Shown here: piece by piece, positions 26,768 through 43,079 of the stretch | Position numbering within the stretch: the stretch's first letter is position 1 | Layout: each line of letters begins with the position of its first letter | Source: the human T2T-CHM13v2.0 reference genome, Homo sapiens | DNA: 64,000 bases | Assembly (NCBI RefSeq): GCF_009914755.1 | Contig: NC_060945.1 | Reading direction: 5' to 3' (one strand) | The notes under the pieces: model-generated | The model's input: the letters and a program-made list of their open reading frames with translations, nothing else | Told to the model about the DNA's origin: nothing | Database searches by the model: none | Made by a program: the position numbers and the translations under genes

Positions 26768-27491
26768 ATGATACAGTTTTCTATAGAGAGGGAAAAAATA
26801 GAGAGGGAGTTTTCTATGGAAAGGAAATCACTAATTACCCCTTAAATTCTATTCATGTCTCCTATAGACGTACAAGAATGCATTGCTATATGGGTCTATA
26901 TACCTAGGCAATAATATTCCTAGGAGAGCAATAGCATGGAACTAAGGAATTTGAAGATTTTACATAGTTGGCATTGATTGAATGTAACATTGCCTGAGCA
27001 CATCAGACTTATAATTTAATCTTTATCCTTTTTCTTTTGACTGATATAGCCTTGCTTTTTCATCTATCATTATGGAACACTAGCCCTCTCACTTTTGCTG
27101 TCCATATGCAGAATCAACTTTCTTCTATTCTAATTTAAGGCAGATACATTATATAGGCATATATGGGTATTGAAGGAAACAATGTGAAGAGGATTAATTA
27201 GAAATATATTCTCTTTAAGATATTTGGGGTGAAATAATAAAATCTATATATTCTTAAACATGTGTTGGTAAAACTTGAAAGACACACTGGTTAAAAGTAT
27301 ATTAAGTTAAATATCTGGGAATCTGTAATTCAGACTATGTCTCTGATCTATATGGATGTTTACATTATTAGTTCACTAATGGCATTGTAGGCCTTCTCAG
27401 AATTTGGAATAAAGAACTCTGAGCCCATTGCCTTCTATACTGGTAACTGACATTCTGTATCTCAGTCTTGGTTCATGTCTACCCGTCTTAC

Positions 27492-27717
27492 CAATAGGTG
27501 TTCCCACTCCGTAACCTTTGGAGTCAATGAGGCCCCCGATCTGAGTGAGGTTGCAGTTTCTCTGCGTCACATACTCAATGCTGGTGGACTCCATCAGCAG
27601 CGCGTAGTCTGTGGTGAGCACTCTCTGGATCCCCTCATCACTGTTTCTTACCAGGGCGGTCTGCTGCCTGCTGCTCATGAAAGCCCACATCTTCTCATAG
27701 GTGGAGATTTTTGATTT
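27492..27717 (-). CDS. GRIK1: Exon 15: [17 protein letters not shown]...[11 protein letters not shown](G) (S2)
   Basis: ccctccag|AAA TCA...ATT G|gtaaga; 226 nt, phase 0/1. Confidence 0.98.
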
Positions 27718-28241
27718 CTGGAGGGAAAGAAAACACACTCACCAGCAGAAGAGGGCTGGAAAAATACGACCTAAAGGTATTCAAAGTCCCAATGGTTCAA
27801 ATAATGATAGGGAGGATACTTTCTCCACAGGTGGGGGAGTCAAGATTGATGATCTCAAGGCTTCACTTTTGTAGCTGAGAAGAGCCCAGTTCACTCACTA
27901 TTGGACAGCATTTGCACGGAGGCAGCTATTACATGGAGACCTTGATCTATAAGCCATTGTGGCCCACTGGGCTAAGGGGTGACTAGCTCACTCCAGGACT
28001 CTGTTCATTTCATGCATTTTCCTTTCAATCACTCAACTCCAGCAGGTATTGTTTTGCTGTTTCCAGGTGTATAAGTTTCAATCCTTGATCTAGCATTCTT
28101 CTGCTGGGGAGAGCCCTGGAGTAAACCACTGACTTCCTCTGCTTTATTTGTGAGAGAACTGTCATTCACTCTTCTCTTTTCTAGAAAACCCAGAATGTAA
28201 ATGCTCTTTTCAAATTAAAATTTAGATAAGAAAAATCTTCA

Positions 28242-28546
<305 letters not shown>

Positions 28547-29995
28547 TCATACTGTATTTATATGCCTTTTTATGTGTATAATTTTAATTGTAATCATATT
28601 TTAGATAATGGGGACTGAATATCTCATTTCAAAGTGTTCTATTAATATATTTGTCTTTTCTCATATTCTTCAGCTTTTTGATAGATTCAGTAATAAATTA
28701 TATATGTTATGTAATATATGCACATATACATATGTACCACTGCTTCATTATCTTTTTTTGCTAAAGTATACTGCCTAAATTTTCATATTACTTAAATATG
28801 AATTTTCCATTCTTTTGAATAGTGATCTATGATTAGACATTTTGCATTTTACTCTGTAATTTCCATACAGTTCCAATTTTTTTTTTTAATTTTTCTTCAT
28901 TTGCATCAGCATTCTCCACTTATTTCAGAGATGAAAAACATTATGGGAATTATTGGTATTTTTAAGCTAACCCCAGTTATCACAGTTATATATAGTGCTC
29001 GCACACATTAGACAAATCCCTTGGCAGGCACAGGATGCACCATCTCCGTAGTTCAGGAAAGCTTAAAACATGGTTTTGGGCCATAAGCAAAAAATGGAAT
29101 ACCTGCGGAGTCAACTCTATCACGGTTATTCATGCCCAGGTGTTCCTGGGGGCCACTCAATTCCAACCTCTATTTAGGACCTGGGTTAATACTGTAGGGT
29201 TTATGAGTTAGGGGAGGACAGATGGCTTTATTTCAGATTGTTAGGCATTGAAAATCCCCCTGAGAAAGGTCTTGTGAGACAAATAACAATTCAATAAACA
29301 GTACCTTATAGATATTGGTATTTTGTGGAACCCATTGTGTCATATTGGGCCCCTGTGAGTTATGCCACAGCCCCGGAGATATCTGCAAGCTGCAGCTCAT
29401 GTCCCCATAACAAAGGCGTGTTTTGGGGGTCAGGTTTACTGCTTCATTTGTTGTGTGATTTCAGCCTTGCAAAGTCTGATAATGCTAAACTTATAGTAAA
29501 AGAGCTACTCATACAAGCGCAGAAAGGTCAGTCTATCTTGTGGCAGTAAATGCACAGCTGCGAAAATTATTCTTCCATCAGGAAACTACCTTAAGGGAAA
29601 ATAATTTTCTTTGAAGTATAAAATTTAAAGTTGTCAGAGACTTTAGAGATCGGCTCATACAAACTGCTACTGTCACAGAGGAGGAAGTTTTAGTACGGAA
29701 GGCTTTGAGACTTCAAAAAGTCACAAAGCAAGTTAATACCAGAGCTAATTCTGGACTCCAGCACACCTAATATCTAATTCAATGCTCTTTCCACTGTACC
29801 ATGCTGATTTGGGGGAGGTGGATGTCTATATTGCCAAAATGCTTTTGAGAATGATTTTAATCTCATTTGATCTACATGTGAAAATATAGCTTTTATTCAT
29901 GGACTCATTATTCCCTGAGGTGGGTTGCTAGTTAGTTACATATTAATATGAAATAGGAATCAACCTTCACATAGAAAAATTTTATGAAACATTAA

Positions 29996-30314
<319 letters not shown>

Positions 30315-31300
30315 GCACCACATTTATATTTTATTAAAACGAGTGTTGTAAATTGTTAGAAAACTGAATTTGTGGTTTATGGAAGTCAAAAACAAAGTCA
30401 ATGTTTAGTTCATCCACGGTAAATGGAGAAAGTGTGGGGAGTCCTTCATTTCATCTGGGGAATTGAAGGATATGGGAAAGGATGACACGATTCAACTCTA
30501 AACCTAAACTATCTGAAGTGAAGGACTTCATTATTTTCAATCTATGGCAGACCTAGCTTTGGTCCTCCTGCATGGGACGAATATGTAGGTCATACCACCT
30601 GTGACTCACTCTGTGAGTATTCAACAGTATGCAGGTGGTCTAATCCACGGGTAAGAGAGGTCATGAGTTTAGTGCAACCTCAGTATTCAACAGCTGCAAC
30701 ATTTCTAAACGCTTACTCTCAGTATTCTTCTCCTTGTCACAGCTTAGTAACAAAATGTTTCCTGAGCCAGCACACTCTTCACACTACACTTTGAGTAGCA
30801 TGGCTCTATGGAACAGAGATAATGGATTTAAATTCAACAACATCCACATCTTCCTTCTTGGAGTAGAAGGTTGTTCTAGGCCTGACCTCTCCCAGGGAGC
30901 TACAGGGGAAGTCTAGTTGGCATGGACACCTTTGAGCAGGGAGGGCAGAACTTTCTCTCTGACAGAAAACTGTTACTTGGTAGGGGACTTGGTAAGTTGA
31001 AGGTATAGGAAGTGTTATAAATTCCTTTGACCCCTTGCTATTCTCACTAGAGCACAGTAATAGTAAACATAATGGGAGCAAGAAGAGCAGCATTTTGCTG
31101 TTATTTAGAGCTCTCTTTCGTCGTTTAAAAAGTTTGCTGTTGTGGGGCTTTATTGTGTTTCACAGTTAGAGTTCTAGGCTACTTGGGATGCTAGGGAAAT
31201 TAGAGTTTGCAGGAAGACCCAAAATGTGGCTAAGGAATAACTTTTTTTAATAGGTAGAAATATCTGCAGACAGCTTCAGCACCTTAAAGGTGTAGTGAGC

Positions 31301-31700
<400 letters not shown>

Positions 31701-34700
31701 TAGACCAACCCCTTCCTATCACATATGCAGGTCCTGAGGTCAGGGACAGCAAATGACACACAGAAGGTGGCAGAGGGTTAGTGGAAGAGACAGCACAGAA
31801 TTGAGGGCTCTTTCTTCTTTACTGCAGAGTTCTGTCCGCTGCATGCCACGCTCAGTAATGTTTATTTTTTGTTAGATAAAAAAGTAGAATGTTGGGAGTA
31901 AATTACATGTATTCCTTTCAGCAGACTTTTTTTCATGGTTGAGTCTCAAATCTTAGTAATTCTTAAAAATAGGATTATACTTCATGAAAAATTATCATAC
32001 ATATTAAAAGACCAGGCAAAGTGTTAAAATGACAGCCTGGGTGTTTTTGTACTTCTAAATCACATATAATGTCAACCAGTCTCCTAAATCACTCTAAATA
32101 ATATATGTTCCAAAAACAGAAATAGTGGTTGCCTCTTATTTCACTAGATATGTCAAAAGTTAATTAGAATATTTGGAATGTCTTCTGAGCTTCTTAGCAA
32201 AAGTTGCTAAAACTGAAAAAGCCTCATTTATTAAATCTGAAATCACCCAGGATTTTTTCTTTTTAATCCTGAGAGGCATCTGTTTAGATAAATGCATTTT
32301 ATCTGTTTAAATCTGATTATGTGGCTATCCTCATGCTGATGAAACATTGTTGGCAAAGAATAGCATTTTTCATCTCAAATCTGTTATAAGGGAGTGTTAC
32401 TGCATCAATGTTTGATGAACATTATTTATTTCTTTTTTCCCCCTATAATACATTCAAGTTAAACACTCACTGGGAAATAGTTTATAATGTTTGCAGGCAT
32501 TAAAAATTACTTATTGAAAATAGTAACAGCAACCAACATATGCAGTGTTTATTTACTGTGTAGCAAGCACTATTTTAAGAACTTTGCATATATTGATTAA
32601 TCGAATCTTCACGGTAATCATATGAAAGACGTACCATTATTATTTCTCTTTTATAGATGAGGAAATAGAACAGCACATGAAGAAATGAGGAAACCAGGAT
32701 TTGATCCCAGTAATCTGGTTCCAGGGTCTGTGTTCTTAAACAACAGGGAATGAACTATCTCTTAATACACAGAGCAGCAAACTCAAGGCTTGGCTAATGT
32801 TTCCACAGCTAATGTTTCCACAGAATTAACAAATTTTCTAAAGAAATAATCGAAACAAGTAGCTGTGGGATCTTTCTATTATAGCCAGAGCTGTTGTACT
32901 CATCATATAATGTACAGAAACTATTTACCTGACTTTTAATAGCTTACACTTGTTTAGACAAGAATTTAGACAGTGTTTTAGGAAGTGCAACAGTTAGAAC
33001 CTGGAAAAAATGTGACTTGTTTATATTGTTTCCTTTCCTTTAACAGTATTTTGCTTTTCATATAGTTTCACTGTTTTTAGTTACAGGATTTCCATCACAC
33101 AATGTAAATAAAATATGTGCAAATTCTAGGGTGTAGTGTGGTCTTAAGCCTGATGGACTCCATTTTATAAAATATCCCTCTAATGTTTCTTTTTTATTGA
33201 GATAACTATTATTTATCACATTATTTCTTCCACCAGTTTTTATAAGACTTTCACAGTTAGGATGTATAATCTCATTTTTCAGTAGAATCAGTAATCATGC
33301 AATTCTACTTCACACTAATATGGCTGATGATTTTATATATCGATCTGTGTTTATGTATGTTTTTACTCTACACACTGAAATATACATTAGAAATAAGTTA
33401 TTGATATTTGATCTTTTTATCTTATCAAAAGTGATCTTATAAATGTAAATATATGCATATAGAACAAATGAAATATCACAAACAATTATATTTTAAGATC
33501 TCCAATTTAATTTTACTTTAGGCAAATCCTGATTTAAGACAACCCTTAAAAATTAACCAAAGACATAGACATTGGCTATGTAGAACTTCATACTTGCGAA
33601 ATAGGTACATCAGAGGTGAATAGTTGCCTTAAAAACAACCATTTCTTTTAGACATGATTAATATATTATTTCATTAAATAATAAATTCTCATGCTATTTT
33701 GAAAATATGATTTAATTTACAAAAATCGCTTTGAAGGAAGATGATCAGAAGAAAATATTTATAGTATAGTTAGGACCTCTGCCTTCCAAATGTGTATAAT
33801 ATGAACACTGCAGTTGATTATGTCTTTATCTTGATTTGATGAAAAGTTATGACATTTGCAGACTCTCCAACATTTAAAAAATTTATGGATTCCCTTTAGA
33901 AAATTCCCTCAGCGGGATTTAAACAGATTTGCTAAAATATTTTTCATGTTTTTCTCCTGTCTAGAGTTAAAGATTGGTCTATTACAGGCAATCTTCCAGC
34001 CTTTGAAAAAGGTTGAATTGACCTCATAGATTTCTTCCCAAACAAATACACTTTTAACCTACAGAGACCTAACATTTCTGACACTGATGGTAAAATTAGC
34101 TGGATTTTTCCAACATAAGCTAGGAACTCTTATGTGAAGAGTGCCTTCCTATGCAGAGTATTTGAGAAATGGCTTTCATCTTCTGCTTCCTGAAATGGTT
34201 ATAACTGTCTGAAATCTGTCTCCCTACAATGGCTCATTGCTTCATTTCCACTGGTGCAGTGCCCAGTAACTTCTCTGAAATGTCTTTTGGGTTGGTGACA
34301 GCACCTAACCACTCCCTGGAAAGAGATGATAAAGGTTAGAGAATCCCTTGTTCCCACAGCTGGTCCAAAGTCCCTAGACCATGAAAGCCAGAAATGACAA
34401 GTCTTTTATGATGTTTTAAAACCTATTTTATCCAAGTCATTTTAGACTGAATCACAATTTAATCTGTGTAATCCTCTGGCTTGAGTCTGGGAGGATAGTG
34501 ATTTGTTACAAGGCAAGCTTCTACTGAGAAGTATTTCTTACATGAATACTTCATAGCTAATTTGGCTCACAAGAAATTCTGCCACTACTTCCTGTCTGCA
34601 CAATGCAACCACATGTTGTGTTGTATTTAACAGGTATTCATACCTCTTGTCTCTGTATTGCTATTCAGATCTTCATGTCTTGCTCATGATTTTATACCTT

Positions 34701-36088
34701 TTTCCCTCTTAAGTGCTAACCTCAGTACTGACCATATTGAGGACCCTGCAAAAATATCAATTGAGCTGAATTAAACTGAATTAAACTGAATTGCCTCACT
34801 CTGTTTCTTGTCTGCATTCTAAGGGCAGCCTTACCATCTTTTGCCTACCTACCATCTGGTAAGTGCTTCGGCATATGCAATGTATGTGCTCAAGAAGGGC
34901 CTCCAAGGCCTAGGGTTGCTGTCTGGCCAGGCCTCCAAAAATCTTTGAGATCTTGGGCACTGACACTTCTTCTGGACTTTTCTGTCCTTTAGCAGAAGGC
35001 AGACACTGCAGAGATGACTGACAGTAAGGAAGCTGAACAGAGACCAAACCAAAATATTTATAAATCTAGAGAGACTGAAAAAATAGGACTAATAGCTAGA
35101 GGTAAGGGTTGAATAATTATGGTGATGATGTTATAAGTGATAGTTACAATAATATCTAATGTTTTTATTGCTTACAGTGTACTAAGTGGTAGTATAAACA
35201 TATTACCTCTACTAAGTCATTAAATCCTCAAAATAATTTTGAGTTAGAAGTCATCCTCAATTTATAGACTGGGAAATCAAGGTACAGAGAGTTTAAGTTA
35301 CTTGCCAAGGTCTACATAACTTATATGTAGTAGAACCCAGGCTCTCTGGGTCCAGATCTCCAACAAAAACACTTTCCTGTAGGTTTTACTTTATATCCCA
35401 GCATAAGATGTTGGTCATATTTCTTGAGAAGAAGACTAGCTGGTATTCCCATTCTCTGATCCATGGGCTAAAAGCATTATCCTCCTTGGATGATGGTTCA
35501 CAAGGATCATTGGGAAATCCATTCTTTTAGGCTGCATACGGTTCTTAGACATTATCATGACTATTCTTTCTTCATCTGGGGAAAAAAAATGTGACTTTCT
35601 ACACTATCACTGTGAGACCACAGTTTGGACTATCTTATTGTTTCATAAGGTAATTAATAGAATTCCAACAAGAAGAACAGAGCCGTTGTACATTTCTGAC
35701 TTCCTGTGGGAGAGAAAACCAGAATCTTAGCATACTATTTCTGAAAGGAAAAGTTGGAATTGGCTGTCATTGTTGTCATCTTGTCAGTTGTCTTGGATAT
35801 AAAAGATGGAAATAGGTCATGTAGCCCCTAGGAAAGCTGAATGCAAGTTGTGTCCATAGAGCTTGGCTATGAACTGACTGATCTTTGCATCTCCTAAGAT
35901 GCTGGTGGTGGTCCCAGGGAGTTGGGAGCGAAGGAAATCCTGTACTGTTCAGACTTGAGAAACAATTGAAAGGACCAAATAATTTCATCAGCAGAGAACA
36001 GAGAAACCAATAGAGTTAAATCTGGATTATTAATTAGTATTATGTCAAGCAGAAATGAGAGGGATTTTATTAAAAATTCTCTTAAATA

Positions 36089-36389
<301 letters not shown>

Positions 36390-36939
36390 TTAAATAGAGT
36401 CTGTTGAAGTTCTGAATTATTAATACACTGACCCATAAACATAGGCCATTAATTAATTTGATGCCGATCGCCTCATATTCAGAGAAGAATTTCCCAAAAC
36501 ATCTCCAACAGTACCTGAACACTTGATAAATGTTCTGCCTCCCTTTAACCTTGGCCAGCTAATTGGTCTTGGGGTGCCTGAGACCCTTTGACCAAATAGG
36601 CTATTGTATTTCCCATAGTGATTGAACTGTAAGTTCCAGAGTGTTGATGATCTTGTGACAACATAAGCCTTAATAAGCATCATTAGCTGAGTGATCGAAA
36701 CTTAGAGTTGCTTTTTTTTTTTTTGATGGACAAAGTGAGGTAGAATCTCAGGATGTCCATTAAAGTTTCACAAGAATATGTGGAATTGAATTTATGATTT
36801 AATCCTATTCTCTTGTGTAAATACAGTCCTTGATGAGCAATGTTGCTCCATATATGAATGACCCTGAAGGAAAACTGCCACTGCCTCCCCGTCTCAGTCA
36901 CGTCTTAGCTTGAGCTAGCATTTGTTTAAAAAATTTCCA

Positions 36940-37242
36940 CTGGGCGCAGTGGCTCATGCCAGTAATACCAGCGCTTTGGGAGGCTGAGGCGGGTGGATCA
37001 CGAGGTCAGTTCAAGACCAGCCTGGCTGAGATGGTGAAACACCCTGTCTCTACTAAAAACACACACACACAAAATATTAACTGGGCATGGTGGCGGGTGC
37101 CTGTTATCCCAGCTACTCAGGAGGCTGAGGCAGAGAATTGCTTGAACTCAGGAGGCAGAGGTTGCAGTGAGCCAAGATCACGCCATTGTACTACAGCCTG
37201 GGCGACAGAGCAAGACTCCATTAAAAAAAAAAGAAAAAAAAA
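36940..37242 (+). mobile_element. Alu (AluS-type)
   Basis: Full dimer; TSD-like ttccact on both sides. Confidence 0.95.
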
Positions 37243-38608
37243 ATTCCACTTAGTTCCCTCAGCCTTATATGAGCTCAGGTGGTAGATAGTGGAATCTCAC
37301 CTGAGCTATTTTAAAAAACTAAATTTTGGTTTTCTTCTTGTTGAGAACCAAATACATCAGATCTAAAATGTAGAGTGTCATGCTGTCTGCAAGAATAGCC
37401 AAGTCTAGGAGAAAAAGTCAACGGATTTTGAATGAAATTTTAGCGAGCAACTTCTGGGCACACATTTCAAGGACAAACTTCACTAAGCACATCCCTTGCT
37501 TGTGGCCTAGCGACCAAATGTGAGGCATTCGAGTATTTTGTTTGATCATGGATCTTGAAAATGTCTGAATCCCTTTCCTCCCTGCAACTGGCCATTCTTT
37601 GGCTATAAAATGATTTTAAATCAACTTGAAAGTAAAAAGACCAGTTTTTATCATTTGGGTACTGCCAGAGGAATACTGCTTTTCTGAGAAGAAAAACACT
37701 TGAAATTACACTGTTTGTGATGAGAAAACGTTTCTCATTAGAAGTTTCCTTGTGATTGAGTGGAGACAGGACCCATCTTAGCAAATGACTTGTGCTCCAA
37801 AAACTGATCAGGATGCTCCAGGTTAGATTAGGCAAAGGTAGTTTCCTTATTCATTCTACAGCTCAAGAGAGGTTATTGTCTTTAACTGACAGAGAAAGGG
37901 CTGGAGGAGGGAGACCCTGATGGCACAGCAGAGGTGAAACATGTTCATGTGGAGCCAGGTCAGGACTGAGTCCTTGTGACTGTACCTGCTGTCACTCAGT
38001 GATTTAGGGCGGAACTACCCCGAGAGCAAAAAAGCCGAAACTTTTCTTTCCCTTGTGGAATAATCCAGCTTAAGAACCTGAGTGTACATCCCTCTGACGC
38101 TTTCTGACAGCTTACCATCCTCGAGGGGAAAACTAAATCGGATTTAGTCCTTGTTCTCCTTCTGCAAATACATTTCTTCTCGGTAAACTGGGTTGCTGGG
38201 CCACAAGCTAGCTTGTAAAATGAGGAACTTGGCAACAGTGTCTCTTCTTGTGTGGGTCCCTATGTATCCATCCACCTCTCTCCCTCCCTCTTTCCCTCTC
38301 GGCTTCCTTCCTTTGCTCCTTCATTCACTCTCCCTCCCTCTCTCTGATAGAAATCCACCTCTCCCAGAGTTTACTTTTTCACTTATTGAAAACATAGTTT
38401 TCTGAATGCCTACTATACGGCTGGGCACTCTTTTAGATTCTGGTGACTTAATGTCATACAAAGAAGACCGAGTTTCTACTCTCATGGAACTGACTTTCTA
38501 GAACTCTCTGAATTTTGCTGAATCTTGGCTCTTCCATTGCTAGCTTTGTAACTTTGGGGTAAATTATCTAGCCTGTCTGTGCCTCATTTTCCTCATTAAT
38601 AGGGATAA

Positions 38609-38956
<348 letters not shown>

Positions 38957-39300
38957 TAAAGATAAAATGAGGTAACACAGGTAAGGGCTAGTGCACAGGG
39001 CGTACTGCTATTTTTATTGATGCTGTTTGTACTATCATCACATTCTTCCTCTCTGAGGTGCTTATTGTTTCATCATTTTCCTGGTGACCTGAGAGAATGC
39101 TTGCATTGATGCCTCATTTTCAGGACCAGGGAGAAAGCAGGAGCCTTCTCAGAAAATGCTCAGGGAGCAGCAGTTGTGAACATAGCATGTACCTGTTCAG
39201 TGGAAGTGCATTATCCAAACATGTCGTAATGTAGTCATTCAGGGTCCTGCCAGGAAAAAGGAGAACCCGCTCTTTTTATACTTAAAGAGGGGCATGAGAA

Positions 39301-39755
<455 letters not shown>

Positions 39756-39775
39756 TTAAAGGACACTTTGTAAAT

Positions 39776-40110
39776 CTGGGTTGAGCATCTCTATTCTGAA
39801 AAATCCCAAATCTGAAACTTTTTGAGCACTGACATGTTGTCCCATGTGGAAAGTTCCACACTTGACCTCATGGCATGGGTTGCAGTCAAAACTTTTTTCA
39901 TGTACGAAATTATTTAAAATACTGTATAAACTTACCTTTAGGCTATATGCATAAGGTATATATGATGAATAAATAAATTTTGTGTTTAGACTTGGGTCCC
40001 ATCCCCAGGTTTTCTCATTATGTATGTGCAAACATTCTAAAACCTGAAAATATCCAAAATTCTAAAAACATCTGGTCTGAAACATTTCAGATAAGGGATC
40101 CACAGCCTGT
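39776..40110. mobile_element. Tigger4/MER46-type DNA transposon
   Basis: ggttgagcatctct...ataagggatccacagcctg degenerate terminal inverted repeats and typical internal motifs. Confidence 0.75.
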
Positions 40111-40537
40111 GCATAGATCCTGTGTACAGTGGCAAAGTCAGGTCTATTGCTTTTTCAAAGAACGGCACAGCCTCTTTCCCTTACATTTGTGCTGAACATC
40201 TTGAAGGAAGTAGAATCTTCTCTGCCTTCTGCTAGCCCATTTCCCAGTACTTTAAAACTCTTTGATATTGCTGAATGAGATAAATCATTTCAGATATTTT
40301 TTCAGATATACCAAATTCTATCTTGCCAGTGCCCCTCTGTCCTGTGAGCCTTGCAAGTGACCTTCCTTGTTTCTGACAAGGACCATGATGAATCACTAGC
40401 TTGGGGTATCTTGTGTCTCTTCACACTATTGATTTTAGGAAAATACTTTCTGCAGCTTGCAAAGCCGTAATGTCATTTGTCTTTAGAACATCACTGTCCA
40501 AAGAAGAAACAATCACCATGCTTTACACATACATTAA

Positions 40538-40863
<326 letters not shown>

Positions 40864-41160
40864 TAAATAAATGATACACTTCTTAAAATAAAAAGTGTTT
40901 AAAAATCTTTTTTAACACAGAAGAAAAGTAAGTCCTACTTTTTCCATTACTTTGCTTCTTGATAAAACTCTAGATATAGTTAACTTTTAAAACAATACCT
41001 TTTTATTTATTATTGTTATTAAACATTATAACTTATTGTATAGTTAATTCCTATTTTTGTGAACCAATAGTGTTATACAAAGAAATGTGTACTTTTTTTT
41101 CCTAACCTTAGTTTTTGTTTCTAAGCTGGTATTTTTCACAAGTCAAACAGTCCACTCAAA

Positions 41161-41340
41161 AAATAATAGACATTGGAGACTCAGAAGGGTGGGAGGGTGG
41201 CAGGGCTGACAGATGAGAAATTACTTAATTGGTACAACGTATGTTATTTGGGTGATGGAAACCCTAAAAGCCCTATATCCATCTAACAAAATGCAACTTA
41301 TACCTCCTAAATCTATAAACAATGTTTAAAAAGGAAATAA
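41161..41340 (+). mobile_element. L1M 3' end fragment
   Basis: atagacattggagactcagaagggtgggagggtgg...gagaaattacttaattggtacaa...gggtgatgg...ctaaaagccc. Confidence 0.75.
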
Positions 41341-41421
41341 GAATGAAAGAAGAAAAAGAGTTCATTTTGAACTCAATGGAAATAATAGAAAGGAAAAGAT
41401 TATTTAAAAAAAAATACCCCT

Positions 41422-41775
<354 letters not shown>

Positions 41776-42824
41776 TCAATGCTGAGGTGACAACTCCATT
41801 TTTGGTAATCTGAATATGAATCTTTGACAAGGGTGTTTTTAGAGATTATTTTGTTTACAACTGTTGTTTTCCTTTTATTCACATGCACATTTACCACCAT
41901 TAATACTTTTTTTTTTCCCAAAAAAAACTTTAGCCCCTTCTCTGTTATAGACTAGGTATTTGACTTGGAGCAGGTAATTTAGCTTCTGAAGGTTTTGTTC
42001 TTTTCATAAGTAGAGTGAAGAGTTGAACTTCATGATCTTTACACCTATTGGATCTATTAAAATCTATTTTTCACTGGAATTAGAGTATTTGAGATTTGAT
42101 AATAAAAGTACTAAGGCTTCCTCCAAAAGCGAGGCAGAAATCAGTTTCATTACTATGGGTAAGTAATTAAAAAGACCTCAACAATGAAATGCCCTTGACA
42201 CTAAAACTAAACTCATCCAACTTAATTCTCCTGCGGTGCCTCCGAAGACATTTTGAAAAGCTTCAGGCATGGCTGGGAACACTGTCCTTCATCAATGCGG
42301 ACTCAGTATTAGACCAGAGTCTCCTGGGATTTTTTTGTTCTTAATTCTCTAACTAAATTCCAATATCAACACGTTTTCTTGTCATCTGTTTCTATCTCAT
42401 CAAGTACAGGACCGAAAGAACAAAATAATGATATTCAAGTATTCTGGTTACCAGAATTCTTGATTAAGGAACCTTTATTTTATGGGTTCTATAAATGAGT
42501 GATTAATTAATGAGTGGTTAGATTGTATTCAGATTTTTTTTTTCTGGTGTAAAGGCAAGAGAGGATATTGAAGATATTGATCTATGGATCTGAGTACACT
42601 AAATTGGGGTGGAGTAAATGACACCTAGTTGGGGACCAAAGAAACTGCTTTATGCTGACTGGGGCTTCAAGGATTCCTTATAATGGGATTATGTAATTAT
42701 AAATTTTATTTCATTAAAAAAATTACCCAACATCTTTTTTTCTTTTTTCTTTTTCTTTTTTTTTTCGACAGATTCTTTTATACTCTACCACAAGTATCAG
42801 ATAATCACTGAGAACACTTTGTCA

Positions 42825-43079
<255 letters not shown>

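Noticed and set aside
31268-31295. REST/NRSE-like TTCAGCACC
   Set aside because: Left half-site only; no GGACAG at the canonical spacing.
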